Assembly (NCBI GenBank): GCA_037441705.1
Contig: JBBIRR010000023.1
Coordinates: forward strand, 2,165 to 66,164
Reading direction: 5' to 3'
Length of the DNA: 64,000 nt
From: Ignavibacteriales bacterium
Lineage (GTDB): Bacteria; Bacteroidota; Ignavibacteria; UBA10030; UBA6906
Part shown: positions 51,974-61,681 of the stretch, one piece after another
How the letters are laid out: the number at the start of each line of letters is the position of its first letter
How positions within the stretch are numbered: position 1 is the first letter of the stretch
The notes under the pieces: generated by a model
The model's database searches: none
What the model saw: only the letters and a program-made list of their open reading frames with translations
Told to the model about the DNA's origin: nothing
Made by a program: the position numbers and the translations under genes

Positions 51974-54381
51974 TACGTTGCCGGCGCGGGATGGCGCTTG
52001 CCGTCCAGCACCGCGCGCACTTTGGTGGCAAGGTCCTCCAACTGGAATGGTTTCTGCAAGTAGCCGCTGATCTCCGACGCCCAGCTCACTTCGTCCACGA
52101 CGGCCTTGCCGTGCCCGGTCACGATCAGAATCGGCACCTCGGGATTGATGCTCCGCAGCTGGCGGAAGGTTTCGCGTCCGCCCATCAGAGGCATGTTCAT
52201 GTTCATGAGCACCAGATCGATTGAGGCCCGACGGGTACGATAAAACTCCACACCCGCTTTCCCATCGTGAACATACATCACAGTGTACCCGAGACCCGAG
52301 AGCATGTCTTTGGCAATTTCACAAACGCTGACCTCATCGTCAATCAGAAGAATGTGTTCGCTACCGCGCGGCAGACGTGCGCGTCGCTTCTGTTCGACCA
52401 TGCGCACCGGTTGATCCGAAACCGGAAGGTAGATCGTGAACGACGTGCCGCGTCCCACGTCACTCTCGAGATTGATGAACCCGCCGTGACTCTGCACAAC
52501 GCCGTAAACCACCGAAAGCCCAAGCCCTGTGCCGGACTCTTTCGTCGTGAACCAGGGTTCGAACACTCTGCTCCGCATCTTCTCGTCCATGCCGATGCCC
52601 GTATCGGTGATGGTGATAGCCGCGAAGCGACCGGGCCTGACCGACGAGAGATGGGCAATCGTGTGTGCATCGACCATGGTCGTGGTCGTCGTGATGGTGA
52701 CGCGTCCGCCGTTGGGCATAGCGTCTCGAGCGTTCAACAAGATGTTGAGGAGTGCTTGCTGAATCTGGCCCTCATCGGCGTTCACGCCGATAACTTCTTG
52801 CGCAAAGCGCCGTTCGACGTGGATTTCCTTCGTGACGCCGCGCTCGAACAGGACAAGCGTCTGGTCGATGAGCTTATGAATATCCACCGGCCTGACCACA
52901 TTCTCCGTTTTGCGGGCGAACGTGAGAAGCTGGCGTGTGAGTGATGAACCCCGATGGGCGGCTCCTTCAATGATCTCGAAGTACTTGGCAAACTCATGAT
53001 CCTCCGGCAGGTGACGCCGCATGATGGATGCCGAGCCGAGAATCGCCGCAAGAATGTTGTTGAAGTCGTGTGCGATGCCGCCGGCAAGATTGCCGATGCT
53101 GTCGATCTTCTGTGCATGCAGGATGGCTGCTTCCATCCGCTTGCGCTCCGAAATATCGCGGGCGACGACGCGCGCATGGATGGTGGATCCATCGGCGGCA
53201 AAAACGAGCGAGGAGTTCACATGGACGTAGAATGCCTTGCCGTCCTTGCGCACCATCTGCTCTTCGAGGTCCTTCACGCCGCGCCCTTCAACGAACATTC
53301 TGAAGAGAATCTCCTGCAGCGCCGCTTGCTGCTCCGGCAGAAAGAGGCTTTCCAACGTTCGTCCGATGATCTCCGCTTTCTCGTACCCGAGCATCCGGGC
53401 ACCTGTGAGATTGCATCCCGTGATGGTATGATCGCGGTTGACACTGAGATAGATGTCGGGAGAGTTTTCGAACAGATCGGAGTAGAGGGCCTCCGATCGC
53501 CGTACGCGATCGAAGAGCTGCGCGTTATTCAGCGCCACACTGATTTGATTTCCGAACGCTTCCATCAACTCCGCCTGTTTGGCGCTGAACATGTCGTACC
53601 CTTCTCCGGCCACAACCAGCAGGCCCAGCACCCCGTCGGTGGACTTCAGCGGGATCGAAGCCCAAAACTGAATCCCCAACGCCTTCAACGTCTCGTCAAT
53701 GTGCCCCACGCTGTCGACGAGCCGTTCTCGCTCGACGCGCGGTTGGTGAATCCAGGTGGAGACAGGAATCGCGGCGTTGGTCGGCAGGCGGATGAAATCC
53801 TTCGACGTTCCCTTCGAGTTTTTGAGTGCAAGCCGATCGCCGTCGAGCAAGTAGATCCACCCGAAGGACGTGCCCAGAAGCTCGGTGGCTTTGTCCAGAG
53901 CAGATTGGAGAACGTGATCCAATTCCACCGAACGGTTCACCGCCTCGGCAATCGTGCTGATGGCGAGCAGCTGCCGACGCTGCTCATCGAGCTGGCGCGC
54001 ATACTTGAGCGAGAAGACAACGCTGAAGAATCCGATAAGCCCGACGGCAAGCACGCTGATGAAATCGGTCCACCGCAGCGTTTCGCCGGTCAACAGAATG
54101 GCCGCAATGATCGTTGCCATCGTGACAATAACCGCCGTGGACGCCACAACCTGGGCCTGCTCCACAAGCCCGAAGCTCTCGATGAACTCACGTATTGCAC
54201 GAAACGGATTGCGCATGGCGAGTGCAATGTACAAAAGTTGATGGGGACAGGCAAGGCAACCCGTTTGTCGCTCCGCCGATGTTTGGACGCATCTAAGAGG
54301 ATATGCCAACGACATGTGCATCGGCCGACGCTGCATGCAGCGAACGCATCTCACGGAGTTGCTTTTTGTTTTTTTCTTCAT
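51973..54381 (-). CDS. Hybrid sensor histidine kinase (TM-GAF-PAS-HisKA-HATPase-REC) with an atypical receiver
   Basis: ORF 51973..54381; a more plausible ATG at 54216 (MRNPFRAIREF) precedes 2 TM helices. GAF motif is GWIYLLDGD...GLLVVAGEG and a PAS unit follows. The H-box is GGIAHDFNNIL, with HATPase G-boxes. The C-terminal REC has DD, T and K, but reads LVLMNMNMP at the phospho-acceptor position. Confidence 0.85.
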   Translation of the reverse strand: MKKKTKSNSVRCVRCMQRRPMHMSLAYPLRCVQTSAERQTGCLACPHQLLYIALAMRNPFRAIREFIESFGLVEQAQVVASTAVIVTMATIIAAILLTGETLRWTDFISVLAVGLIGFFSVVFSLKYARQLDEQRRQLLAISTIAEAVNRSVELDHVLQSALDKATELLGTSFGWIYLLDGDRLALKNSKGTSKDFIRLPTNAAIPVSTWIHQPRVERERLVDSVGHIDETLKALGIQFWASIPLKSTDGVLGLLVVAGEGYDMFSAKQAELMEAFGNQISVALNNAQLFDRVRRSEALYSDLFENSPDIYLSVNRDHTITGCNLTGARMLGYEKAEIIGRTLESLFLPEQQAALQEILFRMFVEGRGVKDLEEQMVRKDGKAFYVHVNSSLVFAADGSTIHARVVARDISERKRMEAAILHAQKIDSIGNLAGGIAHDFNNILAAILGSASIMRRHLPEDHEFAKYFEIIEGAAHRGSSLTRQLLTFARKTENVVRPVDIHKLIDQTLVLFERGVTKEIHVERRFAQEVIGVNADEGQIQQALLNILLNARDAMPNGGRVTITTTTTMVDAHTIAHLSSVRPGRFAAITITDTGIGMDEKMRSRVFEPWFTTKESGTGLGLSVVYGVVQSHGGFINLESDVGRGTSFTIYLPVSDQPVRMVEQKRRARLPRGSEHILLIDDEVSVCEIAKDMLSGLGYTVMYVHDGKAGVEFYRTRRASIDLVLMNMNMPLMGGRETFRQLRSINPEVPILIVTGHGKAVVDEVSWASEISGYLQKPFQLEDLATKVRAVLDGKRHPAPAT

Positions 54382-54410
54382 GTTATTAGGACAGCTTACT
54401 CTGAAACAAC

Positions 54411-54851
54411 ATGAGCATCTTCTTCAGCAGACAATGTGAATACGCGATTCAAGGCGTGCTCTATCTTGCACTCAAACCGCAGGGAGAGATGACCTCGATC
54501 AAAGAGTTGACGAAGCGACTCGACATTCCGTATCACTTTCTTGCCAAGATTCTGCAGCGGCTGGCCACGACCGGCTTGTTGACCTCGGCCAAAGGTCCAA
54601 CCGGAGGCTTTGCCCTCGGCAAGCCCGCGAAGGATATCACGCTCTTCGACATTGTGGAAGCGATTGACGGCAGCGATTTCATGGACAAGTGCGTGTTAGG
54701 ATTTCCGGAGTGCTCGGGGAAAAACCCTTGTTCGGTTCATTCCACCTGGGGCAGAATGCGTGACGAGATCTACCAAATGCTGGTGAGCAAGAATATCGCC
54801 GAGATGGCGCGCGAAATGAAGAAGCCTGAGTACCGTGCGGCAGCAGGATGA
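54411..54851 (+). CDS. Rrf2 family transcriptional regulator
   Basis: 146 aa with typical Rrf2 N-terminus FSRQCEYAIQGVLYLA and a winged HTH. It has three Cys (C-x7-C-x6-C: CVLGFPECSGKNPC), compatible with Fe-S ligation. Confidence 0.85.
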   Translation: MSIFFSRQCEYAIQGVLYLALKPQGEMTSIKELTKRLDIPYHFLAKILQRLATTGLLTSAKGPTGGFALGKPAKDITLFDIVEAIDGSDFMDKCVLGFPECSGKNPCSVHSTWGRMRDEIYQMLVSKNIAEMAREMKKPEYRAAAG

Positions 54852-54870
54852 GCGATTTTTTTGTAGGCCA

Positions 54871-54894
54871 AATTAAGACTATGTAGTCTGAATT
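54871..54894. promoter_or_regulatory. 24-bp near-perfect palindrome (candidate Rrf2 operator)
   Basis: AATTAAGACTA-TG-TAGTCTGAATT has 11-bp arms with one mismatch and a perfect 6-bp core AGACTA/TAGTCT. It lies between the rrf2 stop (54851) and the polyferredoxin start (55006). Confidence 0.4.
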
Positions 54895-55005
54895 GGCATC
54901 GAAGTTGCACCTTCTCTTCAGAGAAGCCGTCAAGATGCCCAAGAGTTTAGAATCTTCAGCAAAAGGGAGGGTCCCTTCTCAGAATCGAGAACCCGGAGTG
55001 GAGAG

Positions 55006-56255
55006 ATGAGAACCGAGAATCTTGAGAATACGGTCATCGAAACCGCAGTGTACCCGAATCATGTGTTGGCGCCAAAACTTCCCAGCGGAGAACGGGCTAC
55101 GCCTCGCATCAAGAAACTTCCACGCCACCTCCGGAAACGCAAGCCCGATTTTTCTTCTGAGCAAACGTGGTACAGGCGTCTTGTGTGGAGATGGAAAGAG
55201 GATGAGCAGTTTCAACGCACGGTTGTACAGTCCGCGTTCGTTCTGCTGTGCATCTGGATTGGGGTGGAGTTTCATCTGTTCATGAGGTGGGGAATGTCCG
55301 GCGGCGCGGAGCCGTACTTCGAGCGGCCGCCCGGCGTCGAGGGCTTCCTGCCCATCAGCGCGCTGATGAGCTTGAAGCATTGGCTGCAGACAGGAACACT
55401 CAACACCATTCATCCGGCCTCGGTGTTCATTCTTCTTGCGATTGTCGGCGTTAGCCTTGTGCTCAGGAAGGCCTTCTGCAGCTGGCTGTGTCCCATCGGC
55501 ACACTCAGCGAATCGCTGTGGATGTTGGGGAAGAGAATCTTCAAACGGAACATCACCGTTCCTCGCTGGCTCGACTACCCGCTCCGATCACTGAAGTACC
55601 TCCTGCTTTGCTTCTTTGTCAACGCCATCATGCAGATGGACGTGGCAAGTCTGGAGAACTTCCTCTACAGTCCCTACAACAAAGTAGCGGACATCAAGAT
55701 GTATCTCTTCTTCGCCAACATCACGACGTTCGCGCTCTGGACGATCATCATTCTGATGGTGCTGTCGGTCTTCATCAAAAACTTCTGGTGCAGATTCCTC
55801 TGTCCCTACGGCGCATTGCTTGGGATTGTCGGCTGGCTTTCGCCGTTAAAGATCACTCGCAACAAGTCTACCTGCATCGACTGCAAGCTGTGTACCAAAG
55901 CGTGCCCCGCCAACATCAACGTGCACAAGGTGGGCCGCGTGTGGAGCGATGAGTGCATGAGCTGCATGCTGTGCGTTACCGCCTGCCCGGTGAAGGAAAC
56001 GCTCGACGTGCGCGTGAGCGCACGAAGCAAGAGAGTCGTGCCGACGTGGGTGTACGGAACGCTCGCGTGCCGACGTGGGTGTACGGAACGCTCGTCGTCG
56101 GAGTGTTTGTTGCGGTGACGGGATTGGCGATGCTGACCGGCAACTGGCAGAACAGCATCACACGCGAGGAGTACCAGCGGAGATTTCAACAATTAGACAA
56201 TCCCATCTACCAACACTTCCGCGGTGAAGTGCCGAAGTACGGACCGAACGATTGA
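55006..56255 (+). pseudogene. Membrane polyferredoxin (NapH/MauN/NosR-like 4Fe-4S protein) interrupted by a 29-bp tandem duplication
   Basis: TM helices and Cys clusters are present: CPIGTLSE, CPYGALLG, CIDCKLCTKACP and CMSCMLCVTACP. ORF 55006..56118 and ORF 55953..56255 share the peptide VPTWVYGTL on either side of the duplication. Deleting one 29-bp copy fuses them into a single 406-codon frame ending ...GEVPKYGPND. Confidence 0.75.
56037..56094 (+). repeat. Perfect 29-bp tandem duplication (2 copies)
   Basis: CGTGCCGACGTGGGTGTACGGAACGCTCG occurs at 56037-56065 and again at 56066-56094. Since 29 is not a multiple of 3, it shifts the frame. Confidence 0.95.
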
Positions 56256-56327
56256 GGGAACAGCGCTGTCTCACTCGGGGCGGCGAAAGTGTGAGCGTTT
56301 TTCTCCGAGATCAGGTATATGCACGGA

Positions 56328-56349
56328 GGGACGGAGTAATTTCCGTCCC
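56328..56349. terminator. Hairpin between convergent genes (possible bidirectional terminator)
   Basis: GGGACGGA-gtaatt-TCCGTCCC is a perfect 8-bp stem. It lies between the polyferredoxin end (56255) and the TBDR end (56382). There is no T-tract. Confidence 0.4.
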
Positions 56350-56381
56350 CCCATGCTGCAGGCGAGAAGTCTTGAACGGCT

Positions 56382-58532
56382 TTACAGATTCACGCCCAAC
56401 CCGACGCCCCCCACCACATTGCGCGGGAGACCCGGTTCGATGTATACCGGGCGACCACCCACCACGTCCGGATTAAGCCATGCCGAACCGATGTACTTCT
56501 TATCCGTGAGATTGTTGATGGCAACATAGGCGGTCAAGTAGAAGCGATCGTTTGCGAACAGCAGGCGGTCAATGCCCGCGGTTGCATTCAAGATCGTATA
56601 CGCGGGAACAGTGATACGATTCGCATCGTCGGCAAAATACTTCCCGACACTCTGCAAGGTCAGCCCGACGTAAGCCCCATGGAACTCCTTCGCACGGTAT
56701 TTCACGCCGACCGTGTAGTACACATCCGGAATGCCCACCACTTTGTTGTTGGCAAAGTTTGCGATGGCGCCCGGTTTTCCGTAATGCACGGAATCAATCG
56801 TGTACTCCTTATATTTGTTGTTCGAGATTGTCAGAGCAACATTTGCCAGGAGACCCATGTTCAGGTCCAACGTTCCTCCCACCTCCAGTCCCATCCGCTC
56901 GGTTCGGCCCGCGGTAAAATAGAAGCGGCCGTTGCGGTACGGGATGATGTCATTCGTGACGCGCAACCAGTAGGCGGCGATGTCATACGTGAGCGTGCCC
57001 ACCGAGCCGTCCTCACTCAATTGCATGATCTGTTTGGTGCCGACTTCGATTGTTGTAGATCGAATCGCATCGAGCAGGGGATTGATGGAGTAGATCGTAT
57101 CCTGCCCGAAGGTACCGATAGGATCGGTTTCGTTTCCTGCCGGCACCTCCACACCGCCTCCGAGGTTGGCATACACGCTATGCAGCGGAGAGATGCGGTA
57201 GGTGATGCCGGCTTTGGGCGTCACGCGTGTGAACGACCTCTTATCGTGCAGCTTCAGATTGATGAAGCTCTCAGAATAGTATGTGATGTTATCATAGCGA
57301 AGGCCGGCAAGGAAGACCCATTGATCGGCAACAGAAATCTCGTCTTGAACGAACGCGCCGAAGTTGTTGGCCCCTTCGCGCTTGTTGTCGCGCAGCGGCA
57401 GCGCGCGCCCTGCCGTGGGCGAGAGTGTGTAAAAGAGAATCGCCCCATCCTGGTAGGCTTCGTCTATGCCTACCAGGAATCGGTTGGTGATATCGGTTCC
57501 GAAGCCCGCGGTGTTGCCGTACAGAAAACTGCCGCCGACGTGATAGCGGTTAAAATCTCGGAACGTGCCGCGCTCTGACCGTTGAAGGAATTTGGGCTGG
57601 ACAAACGCGGTGGCGGAAAGAGAGTTGTTGTCATCAAGGTTGTGGGAGATCGTTACGCCCAGCCGGCCGAGCCGGTTGAAGCGGCGCTCATCGCGTTTGA
57701 TGTACAGCGAATCGGCCTGGCGCGGCAAGGAGTCGTACTGCGCCTGCGACAGCGGTCCCGGAATGTCGAACAGATTGCTGCTTGCGGCAACGTGAACACC
57801 CAGCGTTGTCGCCTCGCCCAGGTCGGCCACCACGCCCGTGTTCACCAGCGCTTGCGTGCTTGCTGATTGATAGCGCCAGCCGTCCGAGTTGGTGTTGCTC
57901 AGCGAAAGATAGAAACGCCCGGTGCCGAGCAGCGCCCCCGCGTTCAACATCTCCTTCCGAAAACCGAAACTTCCGAAGGCCTGGGTGTACGCTGCATAGG
58001 GGGAGGTAAACATCGTGTTGGTCCTGATGTTGACCACCCCGCCGGAGGCATTGCCATAGACTGAAGAGGCATTGGACCGCATGACCTCAATCGCCCCCGC
58101 GCCCGAGATATCCACCAGATCGAACGCTGTCCGACCGTCCGGCTCGGTGTCCGGAAAACCGTTGTTGAGAATGCGAACGCCGCGCGTCGTGCCGGCGTTG
58201 GAACGTTCCCCCGCGCCGCGTGCACCAAACCCGCGAATGGTCAGGCGGATATCCTGGTTGCCGTAGCGGGACTGGGCAAGCACGCCGGGGATTCCCGAGA
58301 GAACTTCGTCAAGTCCATAGCCCTTGCCTTTGGGAAGGTCTTTTTGTTCAAGGTAATTAAGAGTGAGAGGCACCTGAATCCACGGTTCGGCCATGCGGGT
58401 GCCGATGCTGACAACAGGACCGATGTGATAGACTTTCATCGTGTCGGACGTTGTTTGCGCTCGAGCGGCAGTCCAACCAGCGCAAGACATCAGCGCTGCC
58501 TGCATTGTTATGAGAAGGAAACGAAGTTTCAT
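56382..58532 (-). CDS. TonB-dependent outer-membrane receptor
   Basis: 716 aa with a signal peptide and plug motifs (IGTRMAEP, VLAQSRYGNQDIRLTIRGFG, GVRILNNGFPDTEPDGR). It has a long beta-barrel and ends with the terminal aromatic-rich strand VGGVGLGVNL. Confidence 0.9.
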   Translation of the reverse strand: MKLRFLLITMQAALMSCAGWTAARAQTTSDTMKVYHIGPVVSIGTRMAEPWIQVPLTLNYLEQKDLPKGKGYGLDEVLSGIPGVLAQSRYGNQDIRLTIRGFGARGAGERSNAGTTRGVRILNNGFPDTEPDGRTAFDLVDISGAGAIEVMRSNASSVYGNASGGVVNIRTNTMFTSPYAAYTQAFGSFGFRKEMLNAGALLGTGRFYLSLSNTNSDGWRYQSASTQALVNTGVVADLGEATTLGVHVAASSNLFDIPGPLSQAQYDSLPRQADSLYIKRDERRFNRLGRLGVTISHNLDDNNSLSATAFVQPKFLQRSERGTFRDFNRYHVGGSFLYGNTAGFGTDITNRFLVGIDEAYQDGAILFYTLSPTAGRALPLRDNKREGANNFGAFVQDEISVADQWVFLAGLRYDNITYYSESFINLKLHDKRSFTRVTPKAGITYRISPLHSVYANLGGGVEVPAGNETDPIGTFGQDTIYSINPLLDAIRSTTIEVGTKQIMQLSEDGSVGTLTYDIAAYWLRVTNDIIPYRNGRFYFTAGRTERMGLEVGGTLDLNMGLLANVALTISNNKYKEYTIDSVHYGKPGAIANFANNKVVGIPDVYYTVGVKYRAKEFHGAYVGLTLQSVGKYFADDANRITVPAYTILNATAGIDRLLFANDRFYLTAYVAINNLTDKKYIGSAWLNPDVVGGRPVYIEPGLPRNVVGGVGLGVNL

Positions 58533-58745
58533 AAGTCATAAACTCCTTTGCTGAATTGTCATAGTCATGGGAACGGTCGCGGTGCGCCACCGCAACGCTT
58601 GTGTACAACTCTTTCACATGCAAAAGGCATTCTTTACCCGTGGGCGATGCTTCGGCTGAGCTTGCTTGCCAGAACAAGCCAAACCGGTGCAGCTCGGATG
58701 AAGTTACCTTCTCGATATCAAGAACGAATACGGATGCAGAACTCT

Positions 58746-59279
58746 TCAGGTGGCAGAACGTGGAGGGGGGGACGGGTTCTCGAGCGTGACCGGTGTGTAG
58801 GTGTTGGGCAGGAGCGACCACACGATGCCCACGATATGAAGGCGATCGAGGCCGCTGATGCGAGCGACATAGGAATCCTTGAACACCTCTTGGAACGCAT
58901 CCAAACGCGCTTGCTCCGTGGAGGTGCCCATGTGTCGGCTTACGTGCTTGTCCAGGTCGGCAAACAGGCGTTCTTCTTGATCGTCTCGTAGCGCCAGGAT
59001 GATCGTCGAGTCTCCGCTGCTGAACATGCGGGCAACGTCGTACAGGCCGCCGCGGTAGCGGAACTCATTCTCTTCAATCCATTGCAGCGGGCTCTCCCTC
59101 TGCTCCACCTGAGGCGTGAAAAAGCTGAAGCGCACCAATTGCGACTCGGGAACGTGTGCCATCAACGTACGCTTGACTGTTTTCTTGGCTCGATGCTGCA
59201 GTGCCGTAAACACCGCAAGGTATCCAACAAAGTTGTAGGCGTAGAGGAAGAGAAAGACGACGGCGATAGCTCGTTTCAT
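58746..59279 (-). CDS. Hypothetical single-pass membrane protein
   Basis: ORF 58746..59360. The ATG at 59279 gives MKRAIAVVFLFLYAYNFVGYLAVF (TM). I recognise no family. Confidence 0.55.
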   Translation of the reverse strand: MKRAIAVVFLFLYAYNFVGYLAVFTALQHRAKKTVKRTLMAHVPESQLVRFSFFTPQVEQRESPLQWIEENEFRYRGGLYDVARMFSSGDSTIILALRDDQEERLFADLDKHVSRHMGTSTEQARLDAFQEVFKDSYVARISGLDRLHIVGIVWSLLPNTYTPVTLENPSPPPRSAT

Positions 59280-59539
59280 GGGGCACGAATGTCGGAGCGA
59301 CAGGTCAGGGCCGGAAGTACAAGCCGTACGAAAGCTAACACTTTTGAGCTTCAAAATCAATATGTCGCGCCTTTCGCATGAGAAACTGTCTCGTCGTCAT
59401 GTATCCGGAATTGCTATTCTCGAACGAAATCACTATTGTTTACATAGGTTCCTGCGTCGGCCTGCCCATCGGCGTGAGCAGCGCGCAATATCGTTCCATT
59501 CTCGTCCCGCAATCTCGACGAATCGAAGGTTCGACACAC

Positions 59540-61681
59540 ATGAGCACAAGAGCAGCAATGCCTTACCTTATTGCGTTCGGATGTTGCCTGTTGACTTTCA
59601 GCACAAGCTTTGCACAGGAGGAGGAATCTCCTGCGGATTCCATCGTGTACGAGATCGAATCGGTCACGAGCATCGGAACACGTTCCACCGAGCGCATTAT
59701 TGATATTCCCTATTCGGTCTTTAGTGTTGACAAGAAGGAATTGTCATTTGGCCGGAAGATTTCAGCGCGGGACGTTCTTGCCGATGTCCCCGGTATGTTT
59801 CTGCAATCTCGGTTCGGCAACACCGACCTGCGCATCTCGCTGCGCGGCTTCGGCACGCGCAGCAACTCCGGAGCGCGCGCGGTACGCATTCTGGTTGATG
59901 GCATTCCGGAATCCGATCCCGACGGGGAAAGTGTGCTCGATGCGATCGATTTCACTTCGCTCGGCGGTGTCGAAGTTGCCAAGGGGAATCTTTCCTCGCT
60001 CTATGCCAATGCCCCGGGCGGCGTCATCAACTTCATGTCCGACATGTACTTCCCGCGGAGTTACGCGGGCAGCATCACCCAAACCGGAAAGTTCGGCCTG
60101 CTCCATCAGGGCGTCAAGCTGGGTCTGTTGAACCCGAACAACCGTGTGTTCTTCACGTACAACTACTCGAACCTCGACGGTTTCCGTCAGCACAGCCAGC
60201 AGTATTTGCACGTGGCCAACCTTGCCTATGAGGCGTACCTGAGCGACCTCTCGACCATCGGCGTGTTCGGCAACTTTGTCAACGGTGTGAACAAACTTCC
60301 GGGTCCGTTAACCAAACAGGAGTTCGAGGCCGACCCGTTTCAGGCCAGCCCGATTGCTCTCTCGCAGGACTTCAAGCGCCTGACGCGCAAGGGTAAGGTG
60401 GGACTGCGCTACAAGACGGAATTCAACGAGCCGCAGAAGAACGAGCTGGAGTTTGTCCTGTACGGTGCCTACAAGGATCTCGAGCGCACCGATCAGGAGT
60501 TTTACACGCTTGCGCAGCGAAGGACGCTGGGAGCCTGGGCACGTTTCACCAACCGCTCGCGCATCGCTGACCATCCCAACGTCCTCACACTCGGCGCCGA
60601 CTATGCCTATCAGGCCGGGCCGGTTACGGACTTCGACAACCTCTACGGCACACGCGGGCCTACCGTGCAGAATCAATACAACGAGAGCCTGAGCAATCTG
60701 GGTCTGTATCTTATCAACCGGTTCTCGGCAATTGAGGACCGACTGGACTTCACGCTTTCCACGCGATTTGATCGCAACGTGTTTTCCCGCGATATCGCCA
60801 TTCCCTTCGGCTTCACCGATAGCGCACGCGTCTTCAACAAGATTGCCCCCAAAGTCGGTTTGAATCTCAAACTCACGCGTTCGATCGCGCTGTATTCTTC
60901 CTACGGATTAAGTTACGATATCCCCGCATTGAGCGAGATGGGCAACACGCCTCTCTCCTCCAACATCAGCTACACCCTGAATCCCGATCTCAATCCGCAA
61001 CAGACGTACAATTTTGAATTGGGCATCAAGGGGAATCTTGTTGATCCCGAACGAACGTTCATGCCGAAAATGTTTTTCGATCTGACGTTCTTCCATTATA
61101 CCATCAAAGATGAGATCATACCGTTTGTCATCGGTCAGCGAACCTACTTCCGTAATGCGGCGAGAACGAACCGCACGGGCGTTGAGCTGGGGTTGAAGAT
61201 GCATCCGCTCCGGCATTTCGAGATGGTTGTGAATTATACCTACGCCCATTTCCGCTACAAAGACTACGTTGCCACAGTTTCTACACCCTCCGGCCCGGTC
61301 ATCGAAAACTATTCGGGCAACACCGTGCCTTCGATTCCGGCAGGACTGTTGAACTTTATCATGATGTATGAGCTGGAGGTGTCGGAGGACCTGGAGGTGT
61401 TGTTTCTGTGGGACTGTGATTACATCTCGCGGATGTACGTGAACGACGCGAACACGGAAACTGCCCCGGTGTATTTCTACGGGAACTTTCTGCTCGGTCT
61501 GAACGTGAAGCAGGAGACCTTCGGAGCGGTGGTGTATGCCGGCGTGCACAATATATTCGATCGCCGCTACGCGGGCTACATCAACGTCAATGATTTCTTG
61601 GGGCGCTACTATGAAACGGGCGAGCCCCGCAGCTTCTATGCAGGAATCAAGCTAAGCATTCGACCATGGGATCAAGAATGA
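59540..61681 (+). CDS. TonB-dependent outer-membrane receptor (paralogue of 56382..58532)
   Basis: ORF 59378..61681. The ATG at 59540 gives signal peptide MSTRAAMPYLIAFGCCLLTFSTSFAQ. Plug motifs are IGTRSTER, MFLQSRFGNTDLRISLRGFG and AVRILVDGIPESDPDGE. The barrel is followed by the C-terminus SFYAGIKLSIRPW. Confidence 0.9.
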   Translation: MSTRAAMPYLIAFGCCLLTFSTSFAQEEESPADSIVYEIESVTSIGTRSTERIIDIPYSVFSVDKKELSFGRKISARDVLADVPGMFLQSRFGNTDLRISLRGFGTRSNSGARAVRILVDGIPESDPDGESVLDAIDFTSLGGVEVAKGNLSSLYANAPGGVINFMSDMYFPRSYAGSITQTGKFGLLHQGVKLGLLNPNNRVFFTYNYSNLDGFRQHSQQYLHVANLAYEAYLSDLSTIGVFGNFVNGVNKLPGPLTKQEFEADPFQASPIALSQDFKRLTRKGKVGLRYKTEFNEPQKNELEFVLYGAYKDLERTDQEFYTLAQRRTLGAWARFTNRSRIADHPNVLTLGADYAYQAGPVTDFDNLYGTRGPTVQNQYNESLSNLGLYLINRFSAIEDRLDFTLSTRFDRNVFSRDIAIPFGFTDSARVFNKIAPKVGLNLKLTRSIALYSSYGLSYDIPALSEMGNTPLSSNISYTLNPDLNPQQTYNFELGIKGNLVDPERTFMPKMFFDLTFFHYTIKDEIIPFVIGQRTYFRNAARTNRTGVELGLKMHPLRHFEMVVNYTYAHFRYKDYVATVSTPSGPVIENYSGNTVPSIPAGLLNFIMMYELEVSEDLEVLFLWDCDYISRMYVNDANTETAPVYFYGNFLLGLNVKQETFGAVVYAGVHNIFDRRYAGYINVNDFLGRYYETGEPRSFYAGIKLSIRPWDQE

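Noticed and set aside
58533-58745. Possible riboswitch (cobalamin, TPP) or Fur box in the 213-nt leader of the TonB-dependent receptor. I checked 59280-59539 for the second receptor as well.
   Set aside because: - I read both leaders on the coding strand.
- There is no B12 box (AGYCMGGAGACCKGCC-like / GCCACTG), no TPP CTGAGA...ACCTGAT core, and no convincing GATAATGATAATCATTATC-like Fur box.
- Only short local hairpins are present, for example GCGGTGCGCCACCGC at 58579-58593.
- A covariance-model scan (Rfam/Infernal) would be the decisive test.
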